In this document: positions 1 through 13,174 of the stretch, in pieces
Layout of the letters: every line of letters starts with the position of its first letter
How positions within the stretch are numbered: position 1 is the stretch's first letter
Notes under the pieces: model-generated
What the model was told of the DNA's origin: nothing
What the model saw: the letters and a program-made list of their open reading frames with translations, nothing else
Databases searched by the model: none
Source of the DNA: Ptychomitrium polyphyllum
Lineage: Eukaryota
NCBI GenBank assembly: GCA_973851085.1
Contig: OZ316776.1
Coordinates: forward strand, 1,054,001 to 1,118,000
Direction: 5' to 3'
DNA length: 64,000 nucleotides
Translations under genes and position numbers: made by a program

Positions 1-2051
1 GGGAGTGTTGATTGGAGCGATTGTGAGGTAGGCGGGAGGGGCGCGGAAGAGTGAGGTTTGTGATCGGGATTTTTTCTGGAAGTTTCGGTTTTGGTAAGGT
101 GGCTTGGCCATTGATCAGTCAGGGAGTTCATTGGCGACGCTGAGGTTTGATTGTCTTCTTCTTGTACCTTGTCGACGCTTCGTTGCATTCCTATAGTCTT
201 GTTCTTGGGTACATTGTTTTTCGGCCTCTCGAGTTACTCTGAGGTCATCAATCGATTGCGTGTACAAGGGCGGAAACTTGACACTTGGAGCCCGTGGTGA
301 TGAAGTATTTTGACTCGGTTGGAATATGAGTCGTCTGGTCGTGAATTTCGAGATTTATGATTTGATTCTGCCCTCATATCCTTGCCATTTCCACAACTTT
401 TCTTGGCGCTCTTTTCTTAAATTGGTATTGAAGGAGCTTTCACCAAGTGATGACGAAGATACACTTCACAGAGACAAAAGTATGCTTAGGCTTCATCTCG
501 TGCTCAACATGATTTATTATTGGTTTCGTCGGGCATTGCAAGGCGCGAACTGTTGTGAAAGCCTCTTAATTATGTCGGTCATGCTCATTTCCGTTTTTAT
601 TCTCGTGCCTGTACTTTGCTTAGCGACATACCTTGCGCAAATGTTTTGTTGGCACCTTGAGGCATCCGACCTGTTGATTGCTGCCTATGTTTTGTTTTTT
701 CGTGGAGCAATTGTATGCGATTCACAGTTTCTAGTGCATCTGAGGCAATTGGCTTGGGTTGGACCTGAAATTTAGGCTTCTCGCTTTCATGGACTTAGTG
801 GACACTTGACTTAACGAGCTCTACTTACAGGGTTTCTGTGGTCATGTTACAAGGCAACAATTAGAGCAGTTTCTCTCCTCGTTCTTGAGTGAGACGCCTG
901 CTCTCTTTCGGACTGGAAGGGAAGTTTCACAGAGTCGGATCATTGCCGACGTTTTAGATCTCCACGAGGCCACTTGACTAGTAGGAAACTGCCCAGAGCA
1001 GCGGGTGAGATTCGATATTACTTTGAAATTTAGAGTGCCTCCTACATCTCGGCGAAGCAGAGGATCACCACGTTTGCTTCGCAAAACTCTCTTGAAGGAG
1101 ACGTTTGCCTAACAAGTCGACCGAGGTTTCAGAGAGGTTTTGACAGGGGTGTCACAGAGTAGCAGGGCTTTTTGTTGAAGGTTACTGTCCAACGCCTGTT
1201 CAGATCTGCAGTACTGTACTCTCTGCCGTCTTTTGACTAATTTTTAGTATCTCAATTATACCAAAGCAAAAGTAGGTTCTACCTAATTGCCAGGAGCACA
1301 TGGTTACTTAATATGCTGCTCACAAAGTATCTGATTTAGTAAAACCTACTTTTACTCTGTTCATAGGTAGAGTTTGCTGAAGTGGTGAAGACAGCAGAGG
1401 AGGCTTCCAGGGTAAAGTGGCGGAGGGATGTCATGGAATGCTGCGAATCATCAGCTTCAATGAAGAGCTTAAAGTAGACAAGTTGCTTTCAGATCTTCCT
1501 AATGTAATTTTCTTCACTCTTATTGAATTACTGGTCATTTGATGAGGTTCTATTGAGAAATTAAGTTCTCTTGCTCAACTTTTTGGGCACTGATGAAATC
1601 ATTGCTTTTCAAAATTTTCAAGAGTAATGAGAATCTCCTGAGCATTTTATCAAATCTGATACCTCTGATGGATTCCAACGGCGTGATTTGGTAACCAAAA
1701 CTATTACCCTATCAAATTCAAACCTTGAATTCATCAGAGGTCTTGACACAATCAGTGCACAATCTGTAAGAGGAGCATGCAAATCCAGAAAATATTCGAT
1801 ACAATAATTATTTCCTGTCTTGGGGCCTTGTTGAGTACGTGCTGTGCCTCAATAATGACAAAGTACGTTTTTTGAAATTACGCATGTGTTACTGGTTTTT
1901 GAACACTGGTCTGTCATGGAGCCGCAATCATGATGTTACACTTCATAGAGTAAAGTGATTATGAACCTCCATATAATGGTGCACATTGTTTCACAGGCTG
2001 TCATTTGCTAGGAGAATTGGGGACTTACAATGTTCTTTGTGACTCTTGCAG

Positions 2052-3050
2052 TAGCGCTTACGTGAACCTATACCATTTCACAGGAAAAGAGAAGGCGTTA
2101 TTATCAATTTGGCCTTGCAATGGTCAGCCTCTCCCACTATGCTGCCTTTCTAAGCACTGTAGTAATTGAGTTTTGAAGACGTTGGCATCATTGTTGGATT
2201 TAACATCTGTTAGACGATGACGATAGCAGACCATTGGTTTGCTATAGTTCCGCTTCGACATACTGTTGAGCTCCTCTTAAGCCCAGCCGCTGCATTCTAA
2301 CTTTGACACTATGCACTGAGGACTATCAAGGCAGGAAGCATTGAATGTATTGAATGGAACGAATGGCATGGGCTGGCCTTATAGTTCTATTATCTTTAAT
2401 GTTTTGTTGGTCCAGGATTGCTTATTCAAATGCTGATACTGTTTTAGGGTATGCTTACAGCATCCGCACCTCTGGTGGTGGTATTAACCTGGACGGGATG
2501 AAGGCTGGTGTTACCTGCACGCTCAATAGTCTCGGTAGGAAGTCTAAAACATTGAAGTACGACAGTTGTTCGTTGGTGGTTTTGTTTTTTAATGAAAACA
2601 AAGATGGTGCGAATCTCAAATGTCTGCATATATTTACTGCTGGATGTGTCAGATGAATGTTAGCATTTATGACCATGATAATTAGTCAATGATAATTAGT
2701 CCATGATAATTAGTCCATGTTCCATAAGAGGTTTCTTAAGCCATTTTCAGGAGGCATTGCTATGTTGGAGCTTCTGTAGATATTCCAGGAGAAGAACGAA
2801 AATCTGTCAGGAGACCATGCCTGGGACATTCTGACTTGCGTTGTGCTAGTGAAGATCCCCATCCCAGAGGGTCACCTACTATATGGTGACAACGTTTTTA
2901 TGGGTGAGGACAGACACGGCTAAGAAATCTAGAAGGACGACGAGTTTTTGAGCAAGCAGTCCAGGAGCTGGTGGTAGAGTACTTGGAACAGCATCCTAAC
3001 GCTCTCGGGCCAGTATTATCTTACGGATCCTCAGGCTTTTGGGGTGCGGG
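2052..3050 (+). pseudogene. GYRB: DNA gyrase subunit B relic (about 4 degenerate exons with introns retained)
   Basis: Translated pieces: *RLREPIPFHRKREGVIINLALQW (2052-2122), AYSNADTVLGYAYSIRTSGGGINLDGMKAGVTCTLNSLGRKSKTLK (~2416-2558), EKNENLSGDHAWDILTCVVLVKIPIPE (~2790-2870), TRLRNLEGRRVFEQAVQELVVEYLEQHP (~2914-3000). These follow the order of plant GyrB motifs (VALQW..GYANSIRT.DGGTH..LSGEHVREGLTC..TRLGNPEVR). Stops and damaged splice sites are present, and no N- or C-terminus was found. Confidence 0.8.
2673..2719. repeat. 14-bp tandem repeat (ccatgataattagt) x3.3
   Basis: Directly visible. Confidence 0.9.
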
Positions 3051-3588
3051 CGCTACCTTCGTTTGTACCTTTACCTTGCACTACTTTGTTTGTGCGTATT
3101 TGTTGCTAGTATTGGTTTTAGCTGTTTCTCTTGGCATATGGGGCATTTAGAGGAGCTCTATATTTGAGGTTTGGATTTGCAATTGTAGCCTGATTATTCC
3201 TGTTTGGAACACCTGGTTGGGGTGCTAAATTCACTCAAAATCCTACATTTTGATTACAGGTAACCATGGCTGCGAAGAAAGCAGGAGAGTTGGTGAGATT
3301 GAAGAATGTAATGAAGTTTTCTATGCTTCCAGGAAAACAGTGTTTGTAACAGATTGTCCGCTGAGTGTGTCAAGACCTCTGATGAATCCAAGTTTTGAAT
3401 TTTACGGGACAAAAGTTTTGGTTACCAAAGTACATCATTTGGATATACTCAACTTTGGATCCTTCCTTGTTCTTTCACTCAGCGGCCGCTAAGTGAAATC
3501 TGTTTGATCCAGACATGTAACTGTAACGATAGGCGGCCTGGATGGACAGCTGATATGAAGCTCATAGTCATTGGTTAGCAAGTGCACA

Positions 3589-6500
3589 ATGGAGAAAGAC
3601 CTTGCTGAGAGTAAGTCGTGTGTACCATGCACACGCGCTTGCTTGGAGTCTCATGGCTATCTATGCCAATCCAATGCGGAGCAGTCATTGAGAGCCCCTT
3701 CTTTTCTCAAGATGATTACTGATAAGCATTTGTCCAGCTGTGCCTGCTTTGTTGTAAGAATTTCTATTCTCTGGGTCCACAATCTTCATTTTGTTAATCT
3801 TTATTCTCATATTAATAATGAAGCTTTAGTTCATTATGCAGTTTAGCTTCACTGGCGACCTAGAAAACTGAAGCTTCTAAGGTTCACTTGCGGTGAGGAT
3901 GATTTTAAAGCACGTAATGTTGTAAAGCTCTCTTGAGTAGAGAAAATCTGAGGTGTATACAAAGAATGATATAGCACAAGTTAAACTCTTTTTCAAGCAG
4001 CTTTCTATTTGGAATGGTTTGCAAGATGCTTACATTGAGGCGGCAGTTGCTGGTAAACATCATGTGTTAGGAAAGGGTCAGCTTCTTGTCTTGTAAAGTT
4101 GATATATATCCACCTCAACATTATTCCTTGTTCATTGCAGCGGCTACCGAGCTCGTTCATGGAAAACTACGGACGCAGAATTGGCAATGTAGTGACCGTG
4201 TACGGCCCAAGTGGCTGGGTTGGACAGGTGACTATTTCGTATGATGAAGGATTTGGATTTTGTGGTGGATGGAAACAGTTCGTTGTTTACCATAATATAG
4301 AAGCAGGTGATTATATAGTATGTACCCTTATTGCAAATTCAAACTTCTCTATTAAAGTCTACAATGAGTTTGGTTGTGAGAAGGTCCGTCTCTCTGACGC
4401 ACCAACTGCCGAGGGGTCTAAAGCCGTGGGCCAGAAATCGAAAGATGGCACTCTTGTGTCCGATTCTTTGGGTTTAATCACTTCGGAGGGAGGCCGTCAA
4501 TTTGCCCTAACGAATCTTGCAAGTAAACGTAAAACTTTGGATGAGGTGAAGTCACTCTCTGGAATTGGAAAGAAGCTATGTATGCAGCAGCTTGGTCTAG
4601 ACAGTTTGGGAGTTGGAAATGGAAATGTGGAGGTTGAGTCGAAGCCACATATTACGGTAGAGAGATTTCAGTTTAAGGGTGATCATGATATTGATCCTCA
4701 GTCTTCACAGTATCTAGACGCAGCTAGAGCTACCACTCCTTTACAGATAGGGCCTAGATCAGAAGAATGTTCCAGTTCAGATTCAGGGAAGAAAAGTGCT
4801 GAGATGGAGGATGATATCGATGACTATAATAAAGCAACTAGAAAGCGAGCCCATCGAGCAGTTTATGAAACAGAAATGAGAAGATTTATGGCAATGGAAG
4901 CTGCACAGGCATATGAGACTCCCAACCCAAGGACGATGCTTGTAGTAAACAAGACGGCAATTACCAAAAGCCAATCGGTAAACCCTCCGATTTTTTTTAT
5001 TGTGTCTTCCAATTAGTAGTTTAATGTTATCGAGGCAACAGTTGCTCTTGTTGTATTTGAAAAGTAATCTGAAAACTTAATCACCTTCTTGCCTCAATTT
5101 TTCTTATCAGTATTAAACCAACGACTTAACTATATCCTTTTTAGTTATGTGTATGCCGTGTATGTTTTGAATCTCAAATTGTTATTGTCTCTCCTGCTGA
5201 TACGGGGTTGGTGGTGTATACAAATTGCAGTACTTCTCTTCTGTGTTTGCTCGAAAATGGTTTCCAGAAGAGAGAGCACAATTGCTCTTGATTGACGAGA
5301 CTGACAACAAGTGGGCTGTTACATTCATTCCTACTGCATCGCACATGGTTCTTGGCGCTGGATGGGCAAAATTTGTGCGTGATAATAAGCTTGAAAAAGG
5401 AGACGTGGTTGTGTTTGAACTGAAGGACCCAAACACTCTTACACTGATAGTCCACATCTTTCGCGTCAAGGATTATACGTTTGTACGAATAGCCAATCTC
5501 GGCAAGACCAAGCATCCTGATAGTAGCGCAGTTTCCACTCCGCCCAAGAGGGAAAATTTTACTAGCCATGCAAGGGTTAAACACACAGCCGAAAGCAGTA
5601 AGGCTAATCAATCTCCAGTCACGAGTGACAGAGTCAAGCCAAAGTCGCAGTCTCCGATGGCACCTCAGTATGCTGCTGTTGCAAAGTATTTTGCCGATCG
5701 TGTCTCACCACCCATACACGGTTGTCAAAATGCTTGTGATGGTGTAGAGCCAGAAGTTCAGGCACTGGCGCTGAAGGCGAATGACCCCTACAACAAAGGA
5801 GGTACTTTACATATCATCTTGAGAAAAATCACATCTATTGCGTTTCCTGATCATTGGCTATAACTTGGCAACACGCGCATCTCAAGACCTTTATAAATCA
5901 CTCAGTTGTGGGAATTCATTGTGCAGAGGAATCTGAAACATCACGATATCATGGAGACTTTTCTTCGGTAATAAATCAAGGGCTGCCTTTGTTGATATCT
6001 GCGCAAGGAAGTTCTTTGCCAGTATCGCAATTAAGAGAAAACGAAGTGTCTTTAATGGATTCGAATGAGAAGACTAGTCCCTCTTCCAAGCAGCAGACTA
6101 CCGAACCAGGGCAATCTTTCATGGTGGTGTCAGGTGGTAGTAGTGGAAGCAAGAGTTACTTACCTCCTATAACGGTGCCCTCACAACAACTACAATATCT
6201 ATTGTCTCACAAGGGGCAGATTGCTTATGGTATGCCTCCACATTTAGGTGGGACTCTTTTTTTGGCTCCTCAAGGACTGCTACCATATGCGATGACAATG
6301 CAAGAAAGGACATCTTCTGTGACTGTCCAGCAGGGGCAGCTTCTACAGACTTCGCTGCATGACGAAGTTCACCAGGGGATTCCTGTTCCTCCTGGGCTTC
6401 CAAAAGAGGTGGAGTTCCCTGGACCAATCACGGAGCAGCCACCAGCAAGATCTAGGGAAAGGTGGGAAATCAAACCTCGACGACCTAGGCCACCAACAGA

Positions 6501-8738
6501 TGCTGAGAGGCAGAGGGCAATGGATGAAGCTTATGAATTCTGGACTCCCAATCCTCATGTTATGGTGGCCTTGAAGCCATCACAGGTCTATGCAGGCTTT
6601 TCACTGGTAAGTATGACCTTTACACTTAATTTTGTTTAGGATTATCTGGCTGTTACTGATTGACTAAGTAATCGATTTTTGATCCATAAATTTGGGATCC
6701 ATGGATTTTACAGCTGTTGACAAAATATTTTTGGCGTTGTCCAAAGAAAATTTTGCAGTGGTGAAGTGATAAGGCAGTATTTCAATTAAATTGGTGGTAT
6801 TAGGTGAATATCCAATTGTGATACATTAAGCAGCTCCCTGTGTGTCAAAAGCCTAGTCGATGCTCTGAAGATCTGGATCTGAGGTATGATAGTTTTGGGT
6901 TCTGTGATAAAACATGAAATCAATTGTTTTCAATGAGTTCCTCAGAGTTGTCAATAAGGGTGGTCTTGCCTTCTCGCACACTAAATTTCTGCAAGATAGA
7001 AATGTTAAACTGTCTGATGGGCTATAGGATATGAGGTGGTTTATTGGAGGAATATTTTCCATGTCTAGAACCATTGTACACTAAATAAACGTGCAGATTA
7101 CTGATGTGCTCTACCTATTATATGAGTTTGCCTGCAGACACTACGATGCGCGGCTTTGCCTGATGAAACAAGAGATGCAACTTTGGTAGACTCAACAGGT
7201 CAAACTTGGACGTGCAAGTGGCTTGTAAACCATTCAGGAAGGCGACTGAGCGCTGGCTGGAAGCGATTTGCCGTGGATCATCGTTTGGAGGAAGGAGATG
7301 TCTGCGTGTTTGAGATGATTGATCGTATGAACCTTACACTGTTGATACACATTTTTAGGATTGAGCTTGATGATCATGTTTCAGAGCCGATAGAAGTACG
7401 AAAGAGCGAGGATCGAAGAGCTTCTGGGGATCCCACAAAACGAAAACGAAAGAGTCGAGCAAAGCCAAAAGGATTGGGACCTCCAGTACCGAAGCTTCCT
7501 GCGTATAGTGGTTGCAGGATGGAGAGGCTTGGTGAAAGCAGCTCGCCTTTGAGAGGAGCTAATGTGTTACCTAACATGCCAAGCTACAAATATACAGCAC
7601 TTCAATCTCGAAGACGCCCCGTGACGATGGAGGAGAGGAGGAGGGCAGAGCTGGGTGCGCGGAACTTAAACACCAAAAATCCAAGTGTGACAGTTGTCAT
7701 GCGAAACTCAAGTGTTTACTGCCACTTTCTTGTGGTAGGTCAAGCTCTCAACTCACGTTTATGTAATATCGCTGGGAGCGTACAGAGCCTGCCATTAGGA
7801 TTTTTCTCATATTATAAATACGACTTTTGGAATCAACAAATATAGACAATTTCCTACAAATATATAAATCAACAAATTTCTTACAAATATATAAATCAAC
7901 AAATTTCTTACAACTGGACTTCGCTGGTTACCCTGCAGTCTATACCAAGCGCATTTGCAAAGCAATGGCTTCCCAGAAAACTTGTCAGAGTGACACTCAT
8001 GGATTCAGGGGGCCAGAAATCAACAGCCCGGTGGGCTGGCAATCGGAAGAAAAGTGCATGCTTGAAAAGCTTTAGAGAATTTTCCCTATCTCACTGTTTG
8101 GAAGAAGGAGATGCTCTGGTGTTTGAGCTCATGGATGCGAACCCGAACAATCCGGTCTTTCTGGTTCACGTTTTCCGTATTGTAGAGCTACCTAGTGCAC
8201 GCATTTCACCTAAGGATTGGGAGAACCATTACAAGTTGGATGTCATGATAGGTACAATCAAGCCCGTGATCCCTCTTCAAGCATATCAAAAGCGCTATGA
8301 TGGACAGTCCCGCATTCTGCAAGCATATCAGCCATTGAGTTCTGATTCTGAGGAGGACCAGGACGGGGATGAGCCCTCTCAAACTTCAACCCAACAGGAC
8401 ACTTTGCCTCAACTTTCGCCGAAATCCAAAACCAAAGCTATCTATTCGGCTCTTGTGAGAAGAAAGACTATTGGGAATGAAGGCAATGGACACTCAGATT
8501 CTGTTCAACATGACTTAGGAAAGGGTACTTCTCGCAGTATTGAAACCCCGTTTCATATCGGACATCGGCATGCCGAAATCTATGGTAAGTCTCTGATATC
8601 TTGCTCTCATATCATGATTTAAGTCTAATTTATCTATATGACTTGTAATGAATTTGACCGGTATCATATCAGCACTTAATGAGGGTGCTTGTTTTGCATG
8701 AGCATGTGAACTTACTACTTTTAATGAAGTAAAAAGGA

Positions 8739-8772
<34 letters not shown>

Positions 8773-8773
8773 A

Positions 8774-8831
<58 letters not shown>

Positions 8832-9636
8832 CAAATAATAATAATAATAATAATAACAATCACTGTAGACATAATCAAAATAATATTAACAACAATAATA
8901 ATGTTAATTTTAATTCTACACTTGGTGTGGTACGCTTCAAGTATTTTGATCATTGCGTCTTGTTGTGTATGTAGCTGATAAAGCAACCCATATTTCTCAA
9001 CTTGAAAGCCTAGGAAGGCAGCAAATTTCCCGTGATATCATGCCAATTTTGAAAAGGAAACCCTGGATTGATGGACACGCGCTTGAATCAGAGAATACCA
9101 ATCCGGCTACTCACAGGAATCAAGAAAATCATATGCACGACAAACCAGATACTGAGGCAAGCGTTCATGCTTCCCATCTTGCAAATGGTGTAGTCCAAGT
9201 CGTACAATATTGTAATCCGCTTGTCACAGTAGTACCCAAGTTGGAACCGGTTGAAGAAGTGGTCATTCCGCCGAAAGAGAGCAAGAGGATCAAGAGAAAG
9301 ACTACCCTACGTCGGGACGGTAGAGAGGATTTTCTCCAAATTTCGTTCGGAGACACAACTAATTGGCAACCAGAAAGCTCACAGCGTAACACACAAGAGA
9401 ATCTTGAAACAAATATTGTCCACAAGAATGCACCAATTGGGAGTGAAATGACTGATCGTCACTCAGAATTTAGAGAGGCTTCTCAAGATCTGGAAAGCAT
9501 TCAAGAAACAGGATACCCTGTTCAGTTCCAGCTAGTGTCAACCATGACCGACCGTCCAGCTTTGGACATGATGGGGGCTGATGGAGGCTTGCATTGGTTA
9601 AAACCCAAACCAGAGTACATACATGGAGGGAATTAG
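3589..9636 (+). CDS. Multi-B3-domain transcription factor, REM/VRN1-like, about 1385 aa, 4 B3 domains
   Basis: Exons 3589-3753, 4141-4977, 5231-5801, 5927-6606, 7138-7734, 7939-8584, 8975-9636 with GT..AG and consistent phases. B3 signatures: GWKQFVVYHNIEAGD, GWAKFVRDNKLEKGDVVVFEL, GWKRFAVDHRLEEGDVCVFEM, FSLSHCLEEGDALVFEL. Confidence 0.88.
7830..7913. repeat. ~27-bp intronic tandem repeat (aaatatataaatcaacaaatttcttac) ~3 copies
   Basis: Visible in intron 5 of the B3 gene. Confidence 0.8.
8738..8900. repeat. Compound trinucleotide microsatellite (GAC)n-(ATG)n-(AAT)n in intron 6 of the B3 gene
   Basis: Directly visible; lies between donor 8585 and acceptor 8974. Confidence 0.97.
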
Positions 9637-9844
9637 GTTCGAAACTTTGATGAACTCCTCATAAAGAGAAATTAAGAGCCTTGTCAAGAGCAATTGTAGA
9701 TAAACATCTGTACATTGGTTAAAACCCAAACCAGAGCATGTACATGGAAGGGATTAGGTCAGAAATTAAATAGAGTGATGAAATCGTCATGTTGAGAAAT
9801 CTTTAGCCTTGTCAGGAGCACCTGTAGGCTCTGTAGATAAACAT
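9592..9844 (+). repeat. Imperfect ~120-bp tandem duplication spanning the B3 stop codon
   Basis: cattggttaaaacccaaaccagag...tgtagataaacat occurs at 9592-9707 and again at 9713-9844. Confidence 0.85.
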
Positions 9845-10681
9845 ATACCGGTAATTAACCCGACATTAGGGTTTAAACAAGTTTCAACAGTCACGTGACT
9901 CGTGAGAATCATGCTGCAATATTTACTGGGAAAAATTTCACACTTCATTGAGTGATGACTCAGTTATGTTTTCTTGAAGCATTTCAGGTTTAAATTGTGG
10001 ATGACGATGGAGCTACAACGTGCGCTGAGCAGCATCTAGAGGACTTTTTGATTCTGTTTTATAAAATGGGTGCAAGAGCCCATTGCTATCGAGCCTCTTA
10101 ATTATTTCATTTGTGACGTTAGTAAGAAACATAACTGAGTCATCCCAAAATGTTTCCCTCCACAGACAATACAAACCCGTTGCAAATTCTTCCTGTGGGC
10201 CCGTTGAACTTTTGCACATGCTTGGCTGCTGGCTGTGTACTATCCATTCCTCAATTCGGTGGTGTAATAAAAAAAGCGCGTGGAGATCGTGTCTCCTGCA
10301 GCAGAGCCTCAAAATAGCGAAGCCATGATCTACAACAGGGCCTGGTAGAAGAGCTAGACCTGAGAGGCCAGGGATGTTCCTCAAACTTGAAACCATGAAC
10401 CCTAGTACTCCTGAAAATGTCCCAATGGAACAACGAGCAAGGTCTCTGAGCCACCGGAAATTGCACCTGCACATCCAAGCCATTTCTTACTTTCCCGTAA
10501 CTTCCTGCCTCTCATTCAATCCTTTCATTGATTCCACTCCAGAGAAGTGTAGACACCGGCAGGTCACAGTTGCATCTGTTTAGAGAAGCAGAACACAATC
10601 GAGAGCTTCTTTGTGACGGAGCCTTCACTACCTGCATTGCTCTGTACCAAAAGTGAGTGACTCAAATTTTGAAGTTGATGA

Positions 10682-11326
10682 AATAGAAGTTGGCCCAACT
10701 TCTCCATTCAGAAACTTATTGGCAATTCGGATATTGGCAAAGGTCCCTCTTGCCATAAGTTCATCATTGCCACGTCTACTTCGATACGAACCCCCTGATC
10801 AATAAGAACTTAGCAACTAAACTGTCCTTGTTAATGTTACCGGCTGGTGAGATGTGGTCCGTTGTGATATTAACTCCAAAACTTAGAAGGCAATATGCAT
10901 CTTTCATGGGCTGTCCACCAAGAGGGCTTCTAGGAATGTCCTGGAAAAAGGGTGTTTTGTAGACATAGGTTGATTTGCAGTCAGAAGAATACTGAGAACC
11001 TGAAGGAGCAGCTAGTCTATTCCATATCTTGTTTCCTGTAGTGATGGCCTGATATGTGGACCTCAACTTAGTTGGAAGCATTGATGTTTGAACAACCTGC
11101 ATAGGCCAATTAGTTGCTAAGTTGAAGTGGCTGGATAATGGCCCATTTTACAAGAAGCATTCAAGACACTAGAGCTACTTTACCATGAAGTGGTGACTAT
11201 TCATCTGTAGAGAAAGATGACAGAAATCTTTGCAATCTCATCACTTGAAGGCCAGATATACTTTAGAAATATATCCTTTCCACCTTTGCCTTTTCCAACA
11301 GGCTCCTTACTAAAGTCAATATCTAC
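10682..11326 (-). pseudogene. ACO: Aconitase (aconitate hydratase) relic, two exons
   Basis: Exon 11326-11228 reads [33 protein letters not shown] (donor GT lost). Exon from 11096 reads VVQTSMLP...AYCLLSFGVNITTDHISPAGNINKDS, then after a frameshift [38 protein letters not shown] and [13 protein letters not shown] are aconitase motifs. Confidence 0.9.
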
Positions 11327-13174
11327 CTGAAGCATCATATCAAGAATCCACAATACGCAATGTGATGCATCCTCATCAATCAGAAAATAAGAATGTCGAA
11401 GTATGGGACAGGAGATTGGCAGCTGTAACCACTGTCACTGAGCTACAAACCCAAGTCTTGTGCGAATTGAATGCCTAGTGAATATGAAGCTTTTCACTCC
11501 TACTTTTGAAAAAATCCTTCTAAAGTGAGTTTTGAAGTACTGACCTATTCGTTTGTGTCCAAATTTCACGAGGCTGTAGTACTTGCTCTTTGACCCTGGT
11601 AAGTCTGTTACAAGATTGTTGAAAGGATTTTTTCTTGCAATACCAAAGACCCCAACTGCGTATCAAAACCACTATTGATCACTGATAGCAATTAAGATGA
11701 AGCAACAGGATCCTCAAATTAGGCCAGGTGAGATCAACAATAAATTAAATGACGATACAGAAAGCAGCAAAGCTATCTACAAATTACCAATGAAGACGCC
11801 CCATAGCAATATGACATAAAGAAGATCATTAACTCAAACGCAAAATACAGTTTTGACGGATGTAAAGCACATTGCATGAATCTGCAGGATGGATTGACAT
11901 CCTAAATAGGAGATGCCAAGCCTTAAAACCGATCAACATGAGAATGCAAGGATGCAAAACACTGGCATGCACCCCTATGACAAAAAAAAAACTCATTACC
12001 TCCAACATCTTCGAGATTGATTAACACTGGGTGATGCACCACCTGCTCTACCACTAATTTGATTGCTTATCCATCCATAGGCTGCAATTCCCAACGATTG
12101 TATCCTGTCATTGAAGGCTGGAAACGAAAAAATACTCCTACAAAGTCTTTGTCCTAAAAATTCAGATGGCGCCAACGCTCGCTACAACTGGCGGACAATG
12201 CTCACAGTCGTAAGCGTCCCGCCGATCATATGGGAGCCCCATCTAGAAGAACTCTCCGAGCTTCGAAACCCATCAAACTCTGGCGAACTCTGGCCTTTCT
12301 ACATCTTTCTGCCCGCACTTGCATACCCCAATCTTGCAGTCCTTGGGCAATTTCTGCAACGCCCGCCCACACCATGAACCTCACACATCATCTCCCCTTT
12401 CCACAGAGTCTTCTAAAATCACATATCACTCACATCGCCAACATCGCCAACATCGCCAATCCCAATCTAGCAAACATCTTAACCCTCTCGCCAACAGATC
12501 GTCTCTTGCCCTCTGCCGCTCATACCTGCCTCAAAGAACTTCATTTCCACATTTGGAGAATGATTTTGGAATTACACTCACATTCAGACTTCATGTAAAA
12601 TGTAACTCAAAACCGTGATATCGGCGCCGACGCATGTGAACTGGTCAGATGAATTGAGCAGAACATGGCACCCCATGGCATCATGTTCGGCCTCCGGTTT
12701 CAGCAGGCTGCAGAGTCCAGACCTATCATCGGTATGTACGTATGTGTATATGTAGTTGCACCAGTATACCTTGGCCGGGTATTCCAAATTACCTACCAAG
12801 ATTGTGAGTTCGGTGTCCGATCATCTCCTTGATGAAGTTTCTGCACTTGAATTGGAGAGTTCGTGTTCAACGAACTCACATGCCGTATAAGGTCCTAGGT
12901 CGATTCAACGCAGGTAGCACCCAAAATGCTGGCAAGAAGAAAAAGTGTGTTGAACCTAATGTTGATATTTACATTTCCCAGTACAATCGTAGATTTTTGT
13001 TGGGTTTTCAGTAGCGTTTCTTTGCAGAGATGGAAATTTGCTAAGTAAAGGCCTCGCAAGTGTGCAAGCGATTGCTTGCGTTGTGATTCTCTTGCTGTAG
13101 GAATTTTCATGGAGATTCTTCCTGCTGGTGAAGGTTTTGAGTTTTGAGCGCACGCTTTGAAGGGCGGTGGTGCT

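Noticed and set aside
326..1800. 149-aa ORF and exon-like stretches at 831-1211, 1366-1503 and 1620-1806
   Set aside because: No recognisable protein family and internal stops; could be UTR exons or relics but unsupported without a search
8515..8986. Poly-Met/Thr/His/Ile ORFs
   Set aside because: Translation artefacts of an intronic microsatellite
10013..10483. 156-aa minus-strand ORF
   Set aside because: No recognisable domain and not a continuation of aconitase
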